Shown here piece after piece: positions 39,486 to 51,872 of a stretch of DNA of 64,000 bases; the stretch's first letter is position 1, and each line of letters opens with the position of its first letter. The translations under genes and the position numbers were made by a program. Under the pieces are notes generated by a model, which did no database searches, was not told where the DNA came from, and worked only from the letters and a program-made list of their open reading frames with translations. This DNA is from Botryllus schlosseri. Its lineage: Eukaryota. The DNA is taken from assembly GCA_051294905.1 (NCBI GenBank), contig CM119372.1, positions 23,810,001 to 23,874,000 on the forward strand. Direction: 5' to 3'.

Positions 39486-40559
39486 CAGAGGTGGTCAGTA
39501 ACGAAGTACTTCTACTTTTTCGAAGTACTCAAGTAGTTTTCCTCTACTTCTGGTACTCAATCAAGTAGATCTTATTTTCGCTACTCCTACTTCTACTTCG
39601 TAATATTTTGTGATCTACTTGCTTACTTTTCGCCATTTTCAGTTTTTCAAGTAGAAGTAGTTTAATCCTCCAAACGGGAAGATAGCCTGAGGAATTTCGG
39701 GGCTGTTTTCACGGAGCATCAACATTTAGTTTTCATAAAATTTGAGTAAAGCCCATAATTTTCGTCGCGCTTCGCGCGCAGTGGATACGGAGTCACAAGT
39801 AGTATTTCACGAAAGTACCGGTGAATATAATTTAGGTAGCGGGTTGGCGTGGTTCCGTTCACACCGCATTGTCGCCCTTCGCCATATCAAATATTTCATC
39901 ACAGTATATAATATTATGGCTCATGGCTCTAATTAATATCAGTTCTTTTGTCTGGATAACATACATGTTGAAGTATAAAAGCAAGTGTAGTAATGCCTTT
40001 AATTTCCGGAAATGAAGCTGCACAGTATGGCATTTTTACTATCCGGCATATCTTTTATTAACGTTTACTAATCGTGCAAAAGCGTTTACACCGTATCCTA
40101 TACGATTTCTCCGTATTGCTCTTCGACTAAACTACAGGCCCTATATTAAGGGGGAGGGCGCCATACCATAATATTTTCTAAAACGTGCGGCTCGAGTAAA
40201 CAGAGAAATATTATCACATTTCCATAACAATACTATCACTTTCATCCCATGCAGAAGAATGCTTATGCTGTCAAAAATTGGATTCCTCCTGGTATGCATC
40301 AATAAGAATAAAGCTCGGCACCTTTCGCATAGCTCAATTTACACCTTTCGACAATCCATGTGAACGAATTACGATCGTTTTCACAACTACTTACTTACTT
40401 AAGTAAATTTAAAGTCAGTCAATCCTACTTATACCTTACACTTTAAGTAGTTTTAGGTTGCTTATGGAAGAAGTACTTCTACTCGTACTTGACTAGATTT
40501 TTTCGTCGCTACTTCTACTTCTACTTGAGTAACTTTATTGACTACTTTGACCACATCTG
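39486..40559 (+). mobile_element. hAT family M with TACTT/AAGTA subterminal repeats
   Basis: CAGAGGTGGTCA...TGACCACATCTG with perfect TSD CGTTTAAG. A 5'-truncated relative lies at about 49660-50417. Confidence 0.88.
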
Positions 40560-40567
40560 CGTTTAAG

Positions 40568-40961
40568 TAGGGTTAGCATACGTCCTCTTTTAAGAGGATT
40601 TGTTCTCCTTTTTGACTTTTCTGAAAGTGTCCTCCCAAATATCCCCTGTTTTAAGATTTTGTCTTCTTTTTGGGAATTTTGGTTAGATATAGGGCCAAAT
40701 TCGACTGATACACAATAAGTCAGCACTGCAGTAACGCTCCGGCGACTATTTTGGCAGCTGGGCCGGAAAGTTGACCTATTTTTAGTCAACCACCTGATAA
40801 TGTTAAAGAAAAAATGTATTTTGGGCGCTGAGTGATAAACTTGACTTTTTTTCGTCAACCGATCACGAAGTGTGAAAATTTTTCCATTTTTTTCAGGATT
40901 TTCCTCCGGTTTTGCAAGTTTTAAAATTATCTTTTCAGATTTACAAAGAATGGTAACCCTA
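40568..40961 (-). mobile_element. hAT family L, deleted copy
   Basis: TAGGGTTAGCATA...ATGGTAACCCTA flanked by GTTTAAG on both sides. Confidence 0.82.
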
Positions 40962-42129
40962 GTTTAAGCAAGGCGTGGGGAATCTCGGCAAGCCGCGGCC
41001 GCGGGCCAAATTATCATGTGACACCGGAAACTGTTCGCGGGCAGGACAAAATCCCGTCGCGGGCCGTATGTTGCCCGCCCCTGATATAGATGCAGGTCTG
41101 ACATGACAAGTGCATATTACCGATGCATGCACAAAAGTTTCACGAAATATTGGTGTACTATGGAAGCTTAACCAAATTGTTCCAAAACCTTTTCTGCGCA
41201 CTCTTTATTTTTTTATCATTCATTCCCACCTACAGTATGGTATTACAGTTTGGGGATCTGCTACCAAAACCCTACTGAACCAGCTGCAGGTTATCCAAAA
41301 CAAAACTCTAAGAGCAATTGCCAGAATACCACTCTATAGTCGACTTGATCCATATTAAGAAAAGTTGCGTATCCGCAAAATTAGCGACATCTATATCTTT
41401 GAATTGGCCAAAGTAATGTATAAAATTAATCAGCTGCAAGTACCGGTCTCTCTGCAACACTATTTTCAATATTGCACTGATGTTCATAGTCATAGCACGC
41501 GGTCTGTCACGAACGCCAACTTATTCATGTCCCACTCTAACAGAGGTTTCCCTCCATTCAAACAAGCAGGGATTGGTGTATGGAACAAAGAGATTCCAGC
41601 ACATTTAAAAGGCTCAAATTATCGTTCATTCAAGGCAGGGATGTTGGATTATCTTTTGAGTAAATACTAGTTGCATCTGGACACTGTCCACGACTCGGAG
41701 CAAAATTTACCAGTCAATTTCAAGTCATCAAGCGAACGGTGTCGATAAAATCACTGTATCTCTTCTATGTTCGGATTGCTCGTGATACGCCGGTGTCACT
41801 TGTGAGGTGTGAAAGCAACCAGTTATTCACTCACTAATAGCAGGGCGATTTTTTGACATGTCAAAAAAAATCAGGATTTTACAAAGTGAAAATTTTTGCA
41901 ACCTGATTTCGTTTCTATCGTATATATTGCACTGTCGGTGAACTTATCATTTGACATTTTACAGCTTGTAACCTATTTTATAGGCCTATACCGTTGTAGA
42001 CGGCCCATTGTCTGCTCATTGTGAATCATAAACATTCAAATGAAACAAATAGGATTTCATGGTGTTATACGCACCTTACCGCAATATCCTAACTGAAGCA
42101 AGACTGCTTGGGCATTGCATGCTGGTTCT

Positions 42130-42362
42130 TATATCAAGAAGCGCATGATAAAAAATTGTGATGTAGGTAGACACCATTGTCAGAGTGCAGCAGCACGGTG
42201 AGTCACCATCAGCAGTGAACGCACAACTTCAGTGTTGTCAGCCAACAACTGCTGCTGGTGAACGTTCTTTCTCCGTTCTTGGCAAGCTACTTAGTAAGGA
42301 CAGACAATTTCTACCCGAGAATGTAGGATAGTATCTTCCGTTGTACTATAACAAATTTTAAA
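42130..42362 (+). pseudogene. hAT-like transposase C-terminal (dimerisation) remnant within an element of about 41840-42670
   Basis: AQLQCCQPTTAAGERSFSVLGKLLSKDRQFLPENVG*YLPLYYNKF*, containing the ERSFS motif. Confidence 0.75.
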
Positions 42363-42773
42363 TAATTCTACCATAATGAGTAATGTAACTACTGGAATTC
42401 TTCATAGGGCCAGATTTCGTTAACATAAAGTTTTTTATTGTAAACATTTTTCAGTTTTGAGTAAAAAAAGTTTTTTCAGGACACTTCGTAAGGACAGACT
42501 GTTCCAACCAGAAATGAAGATAAGTAATACAATTCTGACAGTATGTAGGAGAACACCTAATTTGCATACGTTAGGTCAAAATGTGGTTAAAACTAAGCTT
42601 TTTTGGGTAATAAAATGATTTTTTAGGTTAAAATATTTCGTTTTATAGGTAAGAAAAAATCCCCATACTGAAAAACGTTTCACTGGTCCGCCATTGTTAC
42701 ATCACAAATAGATTGACCGCAAACGAAATGATCACAGTTTAAGTTGTCGTAGTTGTAGCAGATTAATCTAATA

Positions 42774-44110
42774 CAGGGGTAGGCAATTAATTTTGTCCGC
42801 GGGCCAAATGAGAAGTAGAAAATATGTTGGCGGGCCGAGTCAGAAATTTCAGCTGTATTATCAAGCTTATTAACTTTATTTCTGAATTTAAAGCAGTGAA
42901 TTACACTAAATGGTGCTCGATGGATGTGTTCATGTTGGGGAATGAGAAATTGACGGTTAATTTTTACCAAAAAAAATTATATTTTGAAACAATGTTATAC
43001 AAGATGCACTTTGAACTCTCTTTAAACCCCTGTCCGCGTTTTTCTATCAATAATTGTATTTGGGGTGGCCGAAACAGCACTTCGACAGCTCCCCCAAAAA
43101 ACAAAAGCGTTGGTCTCGTCGCCCCCCCCCCATACAGTTATAAACCGAACTTTATAAACCAGACCCCCCTTGTTTTTAACACTAATTCTGAGTGAAATTT
43201 CTTGTATAACGTATCATGCCCTAATCGTGCGAAGTGCGGAATTTTTCCATGATTCATATTTCAATCGGTCAATAATATTGGTAATTGCATATATATTGCT
43301 ATGTTTTTGTATCCTCTCTCAGCCCACGCACTCAGTTTTACTGCTAGAGTTGAGTGAGGAGTTGTCTTGGAAATATTTGGGAGAGCCGGTTACTATAATT
43401 ACTTCGTTACATGCTGTTATTTCATGATCTCCCACCTGCTATATGTGAGAAGATAAGCATGGCGAAATGGGCTTGTTTCTGAGCCAAGCTTGCAGCTCTT
43501 CTGGAATTCGCCGACCTTGACTAAGTGTGTGCTTTCGTGATTTTGTCGACCGACTTGAATTATACTCCTTCAACAGGTCTACGCGCTCGGCACCAACTAC
43601 TAAAAAGACGGGTTTGCCCCTGATTTCAGTAAGCAAATATTTGTCCTCCGAACCTTCTTTTGAATTTCAACTTTTGGATTCTTTTTTTACATTCTTTACC
43701 GATCACTATGACGATGACTCATAGAAATCACGGGCGAATGACTTGTTTTACGAAGTAGGGATTTGGAAACACATAACGTAACAATTTGAAACACATACTG
43801 TGTAATGCGTAATGTGACAATGACAAAAAAGAAGGTTTGGTCACTTCTTGTCATTTTAATTGTAATGGCATAATTTGCTACATTGACTTTACTTTGAATC
43901 TGGATTATGCATGTGAGGTACGTATAGGCTGCGTAATCGCGCCATGTTAATGAACAGGCTTGATGGTAAACGAATTTTCGGTGCAGTTTATTCGTCCTAT
44001 CGTTTTATTCCACTCAGCAACATTACAACGTAGGTTTTATACTTCAAGTTTCAAGCAACCTCTCGCGGGCCGCACAGAATTGCTCCGCGGGCCAACTTTG
44101 CCCAGGCCTG
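42774..44110 (-). mobile_element. Charlie-like hAT with transposase N-terminal remnant
   Basis: CAGGGGTAGGCAA...TTGCCCAGGCCTG with perfect TSD ATCTAATA. Confidence 0.87.
43440..43722 (-). pseudogene. Charlie/GTF2IRD2-like transposase N-terminal (BED-like) remnant
   Basis: EDKYLLTEIRGKPVFLVV...LLKEYNSSR resembles the 'YFFTE..GKPVCLVC....VLKEYNLRRHY' pattern, with the Cys/His residues lost. Confidence 0.6.
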
Positions 44111-44981
44111 ATCTAATAGCTACATATATCCGTTTCTTAGACGGCTCAGTGCTTACATTGCGCAGTGCTCACCTATACCAACATTCTTCTATGATTTGAA
44201 ACGAATATGGTGTATGCGTTTATTTTCTCACGGATGTGTATAGATGGGTAGTGTATTATACCATATCAATTTGTCTCAACTTCTCGAGACTTCGTATTCG
44301 ATCCTCTATTTTGATTGATAATTGCGGACTGTAGCATGTAGCTATGCAGTTACTCATGTATTTTATTAGCAGTTCTACGTGTGCGTGAGAGATTCAACAC
44401 CTTTTTACATGTATATTTACCTTTGTATTCGTTATTTGATTCGAGAATGGACAGTTAATCTGTCTTCCACACAGCCATCAAAATGTAATGACTTTGAACC
44501 ATCCCTCATGATTGAAAAATTAAATTTGACTTGAATCGGGACTTGAATCATGACTTGACGCGAGTCACCTCCAAAAAACGAGTGACTTGACTTGACTCGA
44601 GTCAAAATGTCCAATGATTCGAGATGACTCGTGACTCGAAGGTAGTGACTTGATCCCAACACTGGTGCCCATCACCAGTATTTACTCCTACATGCTCTAG
44701 AAATGCTGAGCGCCTAGCGGGGAAGCTGCGGATACCATTTTTACGATCACGTCGTTGTTCCGACGGGCGGTGAACGCACATGCAACCAGGGCATAGTATG
44801 GTATAGGGAACTACGGTATAACAGTGACGTGCGGTGTGGTTCATGGCTGGTGAGGCCCTGACAGCCCCACACTGCACCCCGCCACCCACCGCACATACAC
44901 ATACAAAAAATACGTACAGTACCTGATAAAGACACACACAGATGTGAATAACAACAGCAGCAAGACAAAGCGGGTATGGGT

Positions 44982-45258
44982 GGCGAGATAGCGCAGTGGT
45001 ATAATCCGCGGCTGCAACACCAATAGGTGCGGGTTCGAGTCCGACCGAGGTCGACTTCCGAATTCCGATACCTAAGTGTTGGAGGTTTACCTAGGCTCCT
45101 CCTCGCCACCTCATCCGCGTCAGCGGTGTCTTACAAAAGCCTAGAGGTGGGCCGTGCTATAAGTCGGCAGTTACGGAAAATATGAAGAATATCGGCCTGG
45201 TGTAAATGACCATAGCAGTCGACAAACACCATGAATACCCCAAAAAACAAACAAACAA
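44982..45258 (+). mobile_element. Full-length tRNA-derived SINE family 1 (best-preserved copy)
   Basis: A box TAGCGCAGTGG, B box GGTTCGAGTCC, (AAAC)n tail and 12-bp TSD ACAAAGCGGGTA (44965-44976, 45259-45270). Confidence 0.93.
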
Positions 45259-46815
45259 ACAAAGCGGGTACACGAGACAATTTTTTCCGCACCCTGGCCG
45301 TTGCAATGCTGCAATACATATTTCAATTTCTCCTTTAGTGAAATATTCAGATATTTATTATAGCTTTCTCAACGAAAAGGATGAAAGGGAAAGGGAAAAA
45401 TTATTTTATTTAAGGTTCTGATTTCGGTTTTATATTCTCTATTGTCCTATGCTCGTCATGACTCATTTTACAAGATTAAAATGGACATTGTATCAGCAAA
45501 ACTAAATATGTTACTCACTACGATCAAACTTGAATGGTGGAAAAGATCTTTCAGACTGAGGAAAATCAGGGCTAGATTCATGATTGGGATACAGATTCCC
45601 TTGGAATAAAATTTGCAAATATATAAAACCTACAAGGTGCCTCACTTGTGCCTCACGTCTCTTTTCGCGCTGTATTTTTTAATATTAAATACGAAAATTG
45701 GTAATGTTGGATAAAAAATATTCAAAGTTAGTTATTCATGAACATCGACTGGTAAATATCAATAATCCCTGAAGGTTGCACAGTTTCCTCTACACATCCT
45801 GGCGACAGGTTAGGCACTGACTCACTGGCCTCTCCTGACCGCACGCCACTGCGGTATGATATGAAACGAAATATCAGTGTTTAAGATGCAAACGTACATC
45901 GTACAAGTATGTATGGTATGGAAATTTATCCAAAATTTATCTTTTATATTTTCCGAATCACGGGCTTGTATGAAATTAGTTCGTAATGAAGCTTAGTGGT
46001 ATACTGTGTTGATCAGAATTTGAATTTACTAGAGAAAATGCGATGGGATAAGCAAAGGGATTTCGCATCATCATTCGTATCTAAATAAATAAACCATGCT
46101 TTGTCCGCACAACGGTCTCGTGTAATACGAAGGACAAATATGTATATCGTCTACTTGATACAGGGAAAGTGCTCAAAATTTTCACAGTCGCGCGTAGAAT
46201 CGAATCGAATACGAGTCGCGATTTGGGACATGGATAGTTCTGATTCTCAGACCAAACTTAAATAAATCTGGAGTAGATGTTATCTCTCATTGAAATCATA
46301 ATAGCGAATCGTTTGATTGTAAATCTATAGATGCCATCTATATGACATTTGCGAATTGTTAATGTCAAACGGCTGACATTAACCATAAGATACGACGCTA
46401 TTTATGGATCACGACATCTCTCCGAAAGCCAACGCTCACTAATAAATATCAATACATCTCTGCGATATCACGTCTGTATAAGTTGCGCGAAATGAAAGCT
46501 CTCGAAATTCTTTTTCCGCTCGTCTCGAACCAATGTTCGATTTCCCTCCCGGTAAAGCTTTTTTTCTGCCAACTAGATTGCAAAGTGGAATCTGGCGTCA
46601 CCATGCACGACATCATTAATTGAATTCGTTGACCGTAGGTGGAAGACGGGAACATAATCTACATTTGACGAAACAATGATGTTCGTTATCGCATGAATAA
46701 TGCAACTGATGTGCGGCATCTAAATGACTCCTATATATCAATATGACACTGAATGACAGCGCTCTTTATTACCCGACAACGATCCGACATATCGATGTCT
46801 CCTACCGTCGCCTGA

Positions 46816-47751
46816 CCGTGTCCGGTCAATACCGAGAATGCTATTACCGAGAACGACGCAGCCGATAATAATCCTATCACCGAGATAGACACAACCGAGA
46901 ATGCTATTACCAGAAATGGATATTACCGAGAATAGTATTACCGAGAATGGACATTACCGAGAATGTACAATACCGAGAATGCTATTATCGAGAATGGACA
47001 TTACCAAGTAAAACACGACCGAGAATGGACACTACCGAGAAAATAATGAAGACATTCAACGGCATTAGAAACGATGAAATTCAGATCACTCGCGAGACGC
47101 GACGCGTGGTCAATTGGTCATGGTCAGTGCTGTCAGGTGTTGTTTCCCCAGGCCATTGTTGCTCTAATATGATGGGAGTCTAATCCATTTGCCCGAATAT
47201 TTGAGCAGGACGTTGATTAATAAAAGAAAATTAAAACGAGGGCAGACGATACTCTTCCAAGCGAACTGAATCATTTCAAAATTCATCACGATATAACAGA
47301 TTCCGCCTTGGATATATGATTATCCGTGAAATCGGGTTCTGACTGGTATGATATTGAGACGGGGTCGATGATATCTCCTGCTTAGTTGTTTTTGTAAATA
47401 TACCTTATTTTTTACTGTTAGAGTGACACAACCAGGTAGATCCCGTTCTCGGTAATGTCCTTCTCGGTAATCTCCATTCTCGGTCGCGTCTTTCTCGGTA
47501 ATGTCTATTCTCGGTCGTATATTTCTCGATAATGTCCTGATCAGTAATGTCCATTGTCGGCAGTGTCTTTCTCGGCAAAGTCTATTCTCGGTCGTGTCTT
47601 TCTCGGTATAATGTCCCTTCTCGGTTGTGTTTGTTCTCAGTAATGGCCATTCTCGGTCATCTAGATTCACGGTAATGTCCATTCTCGGTAATAGAAGTCT
47701 CGGTCGTGTCCATCTCGGTAATAACATTCACGGTATTTGTTTTAACCACCG
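46816..47751. mobile_element. Foldback-type element with inverted arrays of ~15-bp ACCGAGAAT units
   Basis: ACCGAGAAT repeats at about 46830-47042 and ATTCTCGGT repeats at about 47445-47735. Confidence 0.75.
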
Positions 47752-48068
47752 TCCTTAAAATATGGGGTGGGCGCCAAACCTGGGCAATTTTCGAAAATGT
47801 GCGCTGCTGGATAAAACCATTGATCTAGTAAATAAAAATAGAGGCGTGTACACCGAGTGAAAAGTTACAGAAGTGAAGATAACATAAAAAGGACAAGCCG
47901 GCAAAACGAAGAGTCTGGCGTCCGCCCCATATTTTAAAGATGGTGGTAAATACAAGGTCCGGTCGGTCTTTTCGGGCTAAAACTTCAGCATTGGAAATAG
48001 CTTGAGTCGCGCCCGAGGAATACTCGAATACTTAACGATATAATAAATCAAATCAAGTTTGTTACAAT

Positions 48069-49329
48069 CTGGGCTTCGGAGCCGGAGCCAGAGCAAGGAC
48101 CCGGAGCCCCGGAGCCAGTTATTTGAGGACGACTCCGACGTATTTCCTAAGATGCTATATTATATATGCAACAACCATATCTGCTGATTTCACATAATTC
48201 AACAGCAGGCCTTCGCGAGATTAGGAATCTTTGCCTCTTTGGCGCAACCTTTTCTGACTAACCATGTTCGTGGGGATTTAACAGCAGAGCAGTCATATGT
48301 TCAATGTTCAATATTCATATACTTGAGCGCCGAACCTCGGTATGCTAGATATGACTGTGAATATTGTGGGTGCTCGGCATGCCCGCAATTTCGTCGTCAG
48401 CACAACCTTGTTGGCCGATTGTACGGTTCGAAAATAATGATCACTATGTATTACGCCAGGGCCAACCTTTTCGGATAAAGGGCCACCGGCAATTGATGAA
48501 CGAGTGCGGGGTCCACCAGCCGCGCCAAGTGCGTAAAATTTTCAAAGTTTATAAATGAACTGGGTCAATATTATTAATACTTGAGTATATTGTGGGTCTA
48601 CTGCATACCACCCGCTGGGATCAGTTTGCAAAGACTGGACTATTCGGCATCTGGAGACATCGATATCGAAGGTTTCCGCTAATATGCGACAATTATTTTG
48701 TGCCCATATTTCATCGTCGACGATCTTTCAGCGGGCGAAAACGCAAAAAGACTTTCTCTCGTAATTGCGAATACAGTTAGACTCAATCGGGTAAATTAGG
48801 CGTTTTTTTTTTGCATTTTCAGGAGGGGATAGGCTAACAAGCGAGTAATCGTGTGACAATTAAAAACGAAAAGATTGAAGACAAATTTTTGTACTATTTT
48901 AGTTTATAGTAATGTACGAGGTTTTATTAAAAATGTGACTGGACCCTAGATCTGCCAATGTGTCGGAACTGATATTTTACTCACCAACATCCCAAGTGTG
49001 GTGACCAGACTAATCAAATTTTTGGTTGGCCTTGCAAGTTCACGATCTGAGCAATTCATTTTCGATAATATAAAAAAATTAGGAAATTACCTCGCGGGCC
49101 ACTCAAAACCTTCTCACGGACCACATATGGCCCGCATCCCGCGGGTTGGCCACCCCTGATATAGACAGGCCTATTCGATAGTTTTCAGAGCCGGAGCCGG
49201 AGCCGGAGCTGGAGCCGGAGCAGTTGTAATAATGCAGCTCCGGAGCTGGAGCTGGAGCTAATCTATGAAAGAGAAAGCTCCGGAGCAGGAGATGGAGCAA
49301 TGCAATATTTCGGCTGCTCCAAAGCCCTG
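48069..49329 (+). mobile_element. hAT family H, copy 2 (contains family I at 48457-49158)
   Basis: CTGGGCTTCGGAGC...GCTCCAAAGCCCTG with perfect TSD GTTACAAT. The host repeat has an uninterrupted paralogue at about 51985-52370. Confidence 0.88.
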
Positions 49330-49849
49330 GTTACAATAACAATCGGGTATATACGGGCTCATACCATCTGGTTCGAGCCTGGTGTACACTTCCCAATTCA
49401 CCTCTGTGACTGGCAATGCGAGGGCGTAATTTGTATTGGGTTTCATTTTATTGCTTTCTGTGACTAGAAAATCAACTGAGATAGTGGTAGAGATTCAATC
49501 TTTGCTCGCATTGAATTTAGTACTGCACCCAGTTATTAACTGTAACAGGAATGTATTCTAACCAAAGGAACCCATATTATATAACGTTCATGTGTGATTG
49601 CGGGTCGGTATTAGTAGTAGTATTTGTATTTTTCTTTCAATTACTATTATTATACGTCGAGTTTTAATTATAGTTTCAGTTCTTTTGTCTGGAGAACATG
49701 CATGTTGAAGTATGAAAGTAAGAGTATAGTAATGCCTTATATTTTCCGAAAATAAAGCTATACACTATATGGCATATTTACAATCTGCCAGATTTTTAAT
49801 TAATGTATACTAATCGCGAAAAGTGTTAAAGCCGCATCCGACACAACCA

Positions 49850-49960
49850 GACATGGGGTAATCGCGATTGGTAATCGTAATCGATTACGATGATTACAGC
49901 ATTTTGAAGTAATCGTAATCGCAATCGATTACATTCATGAAGTAATCACCCCATGTTTTG
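49850..49960. mobile_element. Short hAT MITE with (GATTAC)n repeats
   Basis: CAGACATGGGGT...ACCCCATGTTTTG with ACACAAC flanks. A longer relative lies at about 53633-56152. Confidence 0.75.
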
Positions 49961-50612
49961 ACACAACTTCTCCGTATTGCTCTTCGACTGAACTAGGGGC
50001 CTTATAATATGGGGAGGGTGCCATACCATGATATTCTCTAAAACAATGTGTTCGAGTAAACAAAGGATTAGTATCGCATTTCCATATGAATACTTTCATT
50101 TACATCCCATGATGTGGACGACTGCTTATTCTTTCAAAAATTGTCACCTCCTGGTATGCATCAATCTGAATCAAGCTCTCTACACCTTCCCCATAGCTCA
50201 ATTTGCAGCTTCTGACAATCCATGCGAACGAATTACGATTGTTATTACAACTACTTACTTACTTGAGTCGATTTTAAGTCAGTCAATTGTACTTCTGCTT
50301 CAAGTAGTTTTAGGTTGCTTGTGTAAGAAGTACTTCTACTCGTACTTGAGTAGATTTTTTCTTCGCTACTTCTACTTCTACTTGGGTAGCTTTCTTGACT
50401 ACTGTGACCACCTCTGCAACTATGTTATGAAAACTCCTAGCCGCGCGAAGTGCGAAAGTTTTTCAAAGGTAATAAATGAATTCACTCAATGATATTGTTA
50501 CTCGCATATGCCCCAAGTCGCCTCTGTATACAGCTTGACTCATTTGGAAAGGGTAGGATTATTCGGTTCTTGGACATATCAATATCGAAGATTTCGGCCA
50601 ACATGGGTCTAC

Positions 50613-50849
50613 TGTTTGTTTGTTTGTGGTATTCATGGTGTTTGTCGACTACTGTGGTCATTTACACTAGGCCGATATTCTTCATTTTTATTCCGTAACT
50701 GACGACTTGTAGCGGATGAAATGGCGAGGAGGAGCCTAGATAAACCTCCAGCACTTCGGTAGGAATTCTGAAGTCGACCTCAGTCGGACTCAAACCCGCA
50801 TCCCATTGGTGTTGTAGCTGCGGATTATACCACTACGCTATCTCGCCAC
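50613..50849 (-). mobile_element. SINE family 1 with internal deletion
   Basis: Head, B box and tail recognisable. Confidence 0.85.
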
Positions 50850-51491
50850 TAAAATGCGTCTATTATTTTGTGTAAAAGTTTGATCGCCGACGATCTTTCT
50901 GCGAGTGTAGACGCGAAGTCGCACGTTGGACGACACGTTCTCTTATAACTGGGAATATAGTTGCACGCATTCAATTTGTAACTTCAGAACTAATTATTCG
51001 GGTAATTTTATAATCTAATTTCGCGGGCAACTCAAATCCTTCTCGCTAGTCACATTTGGCCACCCCTGATCTAGTCGGTGGAGTGGAGAATTGACAAAAA
51101 CGTTGCAGTAATATTAATAAATAAGGTGAAAATTAAATGACAAATTGCAAATTCGCAACATAAAGAGGTATGTCATACCATCAAAATCGCCATATATGGC
51201 TCAAGAGCCTTAGGTTCCCGACCCCTTAGATAAACTTTGAAATTGACTTCGAGAAGCCTATGTTATCGGTCAAGTAATACTGTATAAGATAAGACTGCCT
51301 AATCCTATTTCACTGGGGGGGAGAGACAGACCTCATGGGAGGGGACAAGATTTCAGTGTCTTTGACGGATGTCAGGTGAGTTAATATGTACCGATAATAT
51401 CACCGTACTCATGTTCCACGATAATAAATCTCACGACTACAGATGTTTCATCAAGTGGTTCTAGCGAAAGACTGCGAGCTATGCTTTCCGG

Positions 51492-51864
51492 CAGTGGTTG
51501 CCAACGTGGACGATATCTGCCACGATATCTCCCTCTCCAGTGGACGATTTTGAAAAACAAGAGGGGCGATAACGGGGAGCGAAAATGCTAGAACATCCAG
51601 TGAGATATATATAACAAACAATGTATGTGAAGACGGCTTATTCTACCTTTGAAGTATAGACTCAACGGAAAGTATGCCTAAAAGCGCATATCGATAACCT
51701 AATCGGAAAAGTGATCTTTTTTAGTCAATTCACCAGCGATCAGAGTTATTTGAATAAATTTCCCGTTTATATGTCCTCTTTTTCGGCTCCGTAAATATGG
51801 GGGCTGAAAATTTGCGTCGACATTGATAAAGGGACGATGAGTCGAAAATGGTTGGGAACCAATA
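51492..51864 (-). mobile_element. Charlie-like MITE (same family as 62836-63209)
   Basis: CAGTGGTTGCCAAC...GTTGGGAACCAATA with TSD CTTTCCGG/CTTTACAG. Confidence 0.75.
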
Positions 51865-51872
51865 CTTTACAG

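Larger units (their letters stand above)
39010..41083. mobile_element. Charlie-like hAT inserted in the LINE RT
   Basis: Perfect TIR CAGGGGCGGGCAAC and perfect TSD ATATAGAT. Confidence 0.9.
38678..41670 (+). pseudogene. CR1/L2-group LINE reverse transcriptase and C-terminal region, interrupted by 39010-41083
   Basis: GPTLSLLYMND, LFADD, KYLGIHID|AGLT*QVHI..KVSRNIGVLWKL..LYFFIIHSHLQYGITVWG..LQVIQNK..HSHSTR. Contains frameshifts and stops. Confidence 0.9.

Noticed and set aside
44982..45055. tRNA gene (also at 5080 and about 61620-61695)
   Set aside because: A and B boxes are present, but there is no complete cloverleaf, and the sequence is followed by a SINE body, tail and TSD.
45519..45555. 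Candidate 37-bp minus-strand exon with GTGAGT donor that could splice in frame to exon 2
   Set aside because: No protein-level support, and the signal-peptide exon at 25684-25753 explains the N-terminus better. It could be a UTR or alternative exon, which needs RNA data.
50028..50492. 154-aa ORF, and similar ORFs 4882-5313 and 6663-7061
   Set aside because: They lie within non-coding MITE/SINE sequence, show no domain signature, and cross element boundaries.
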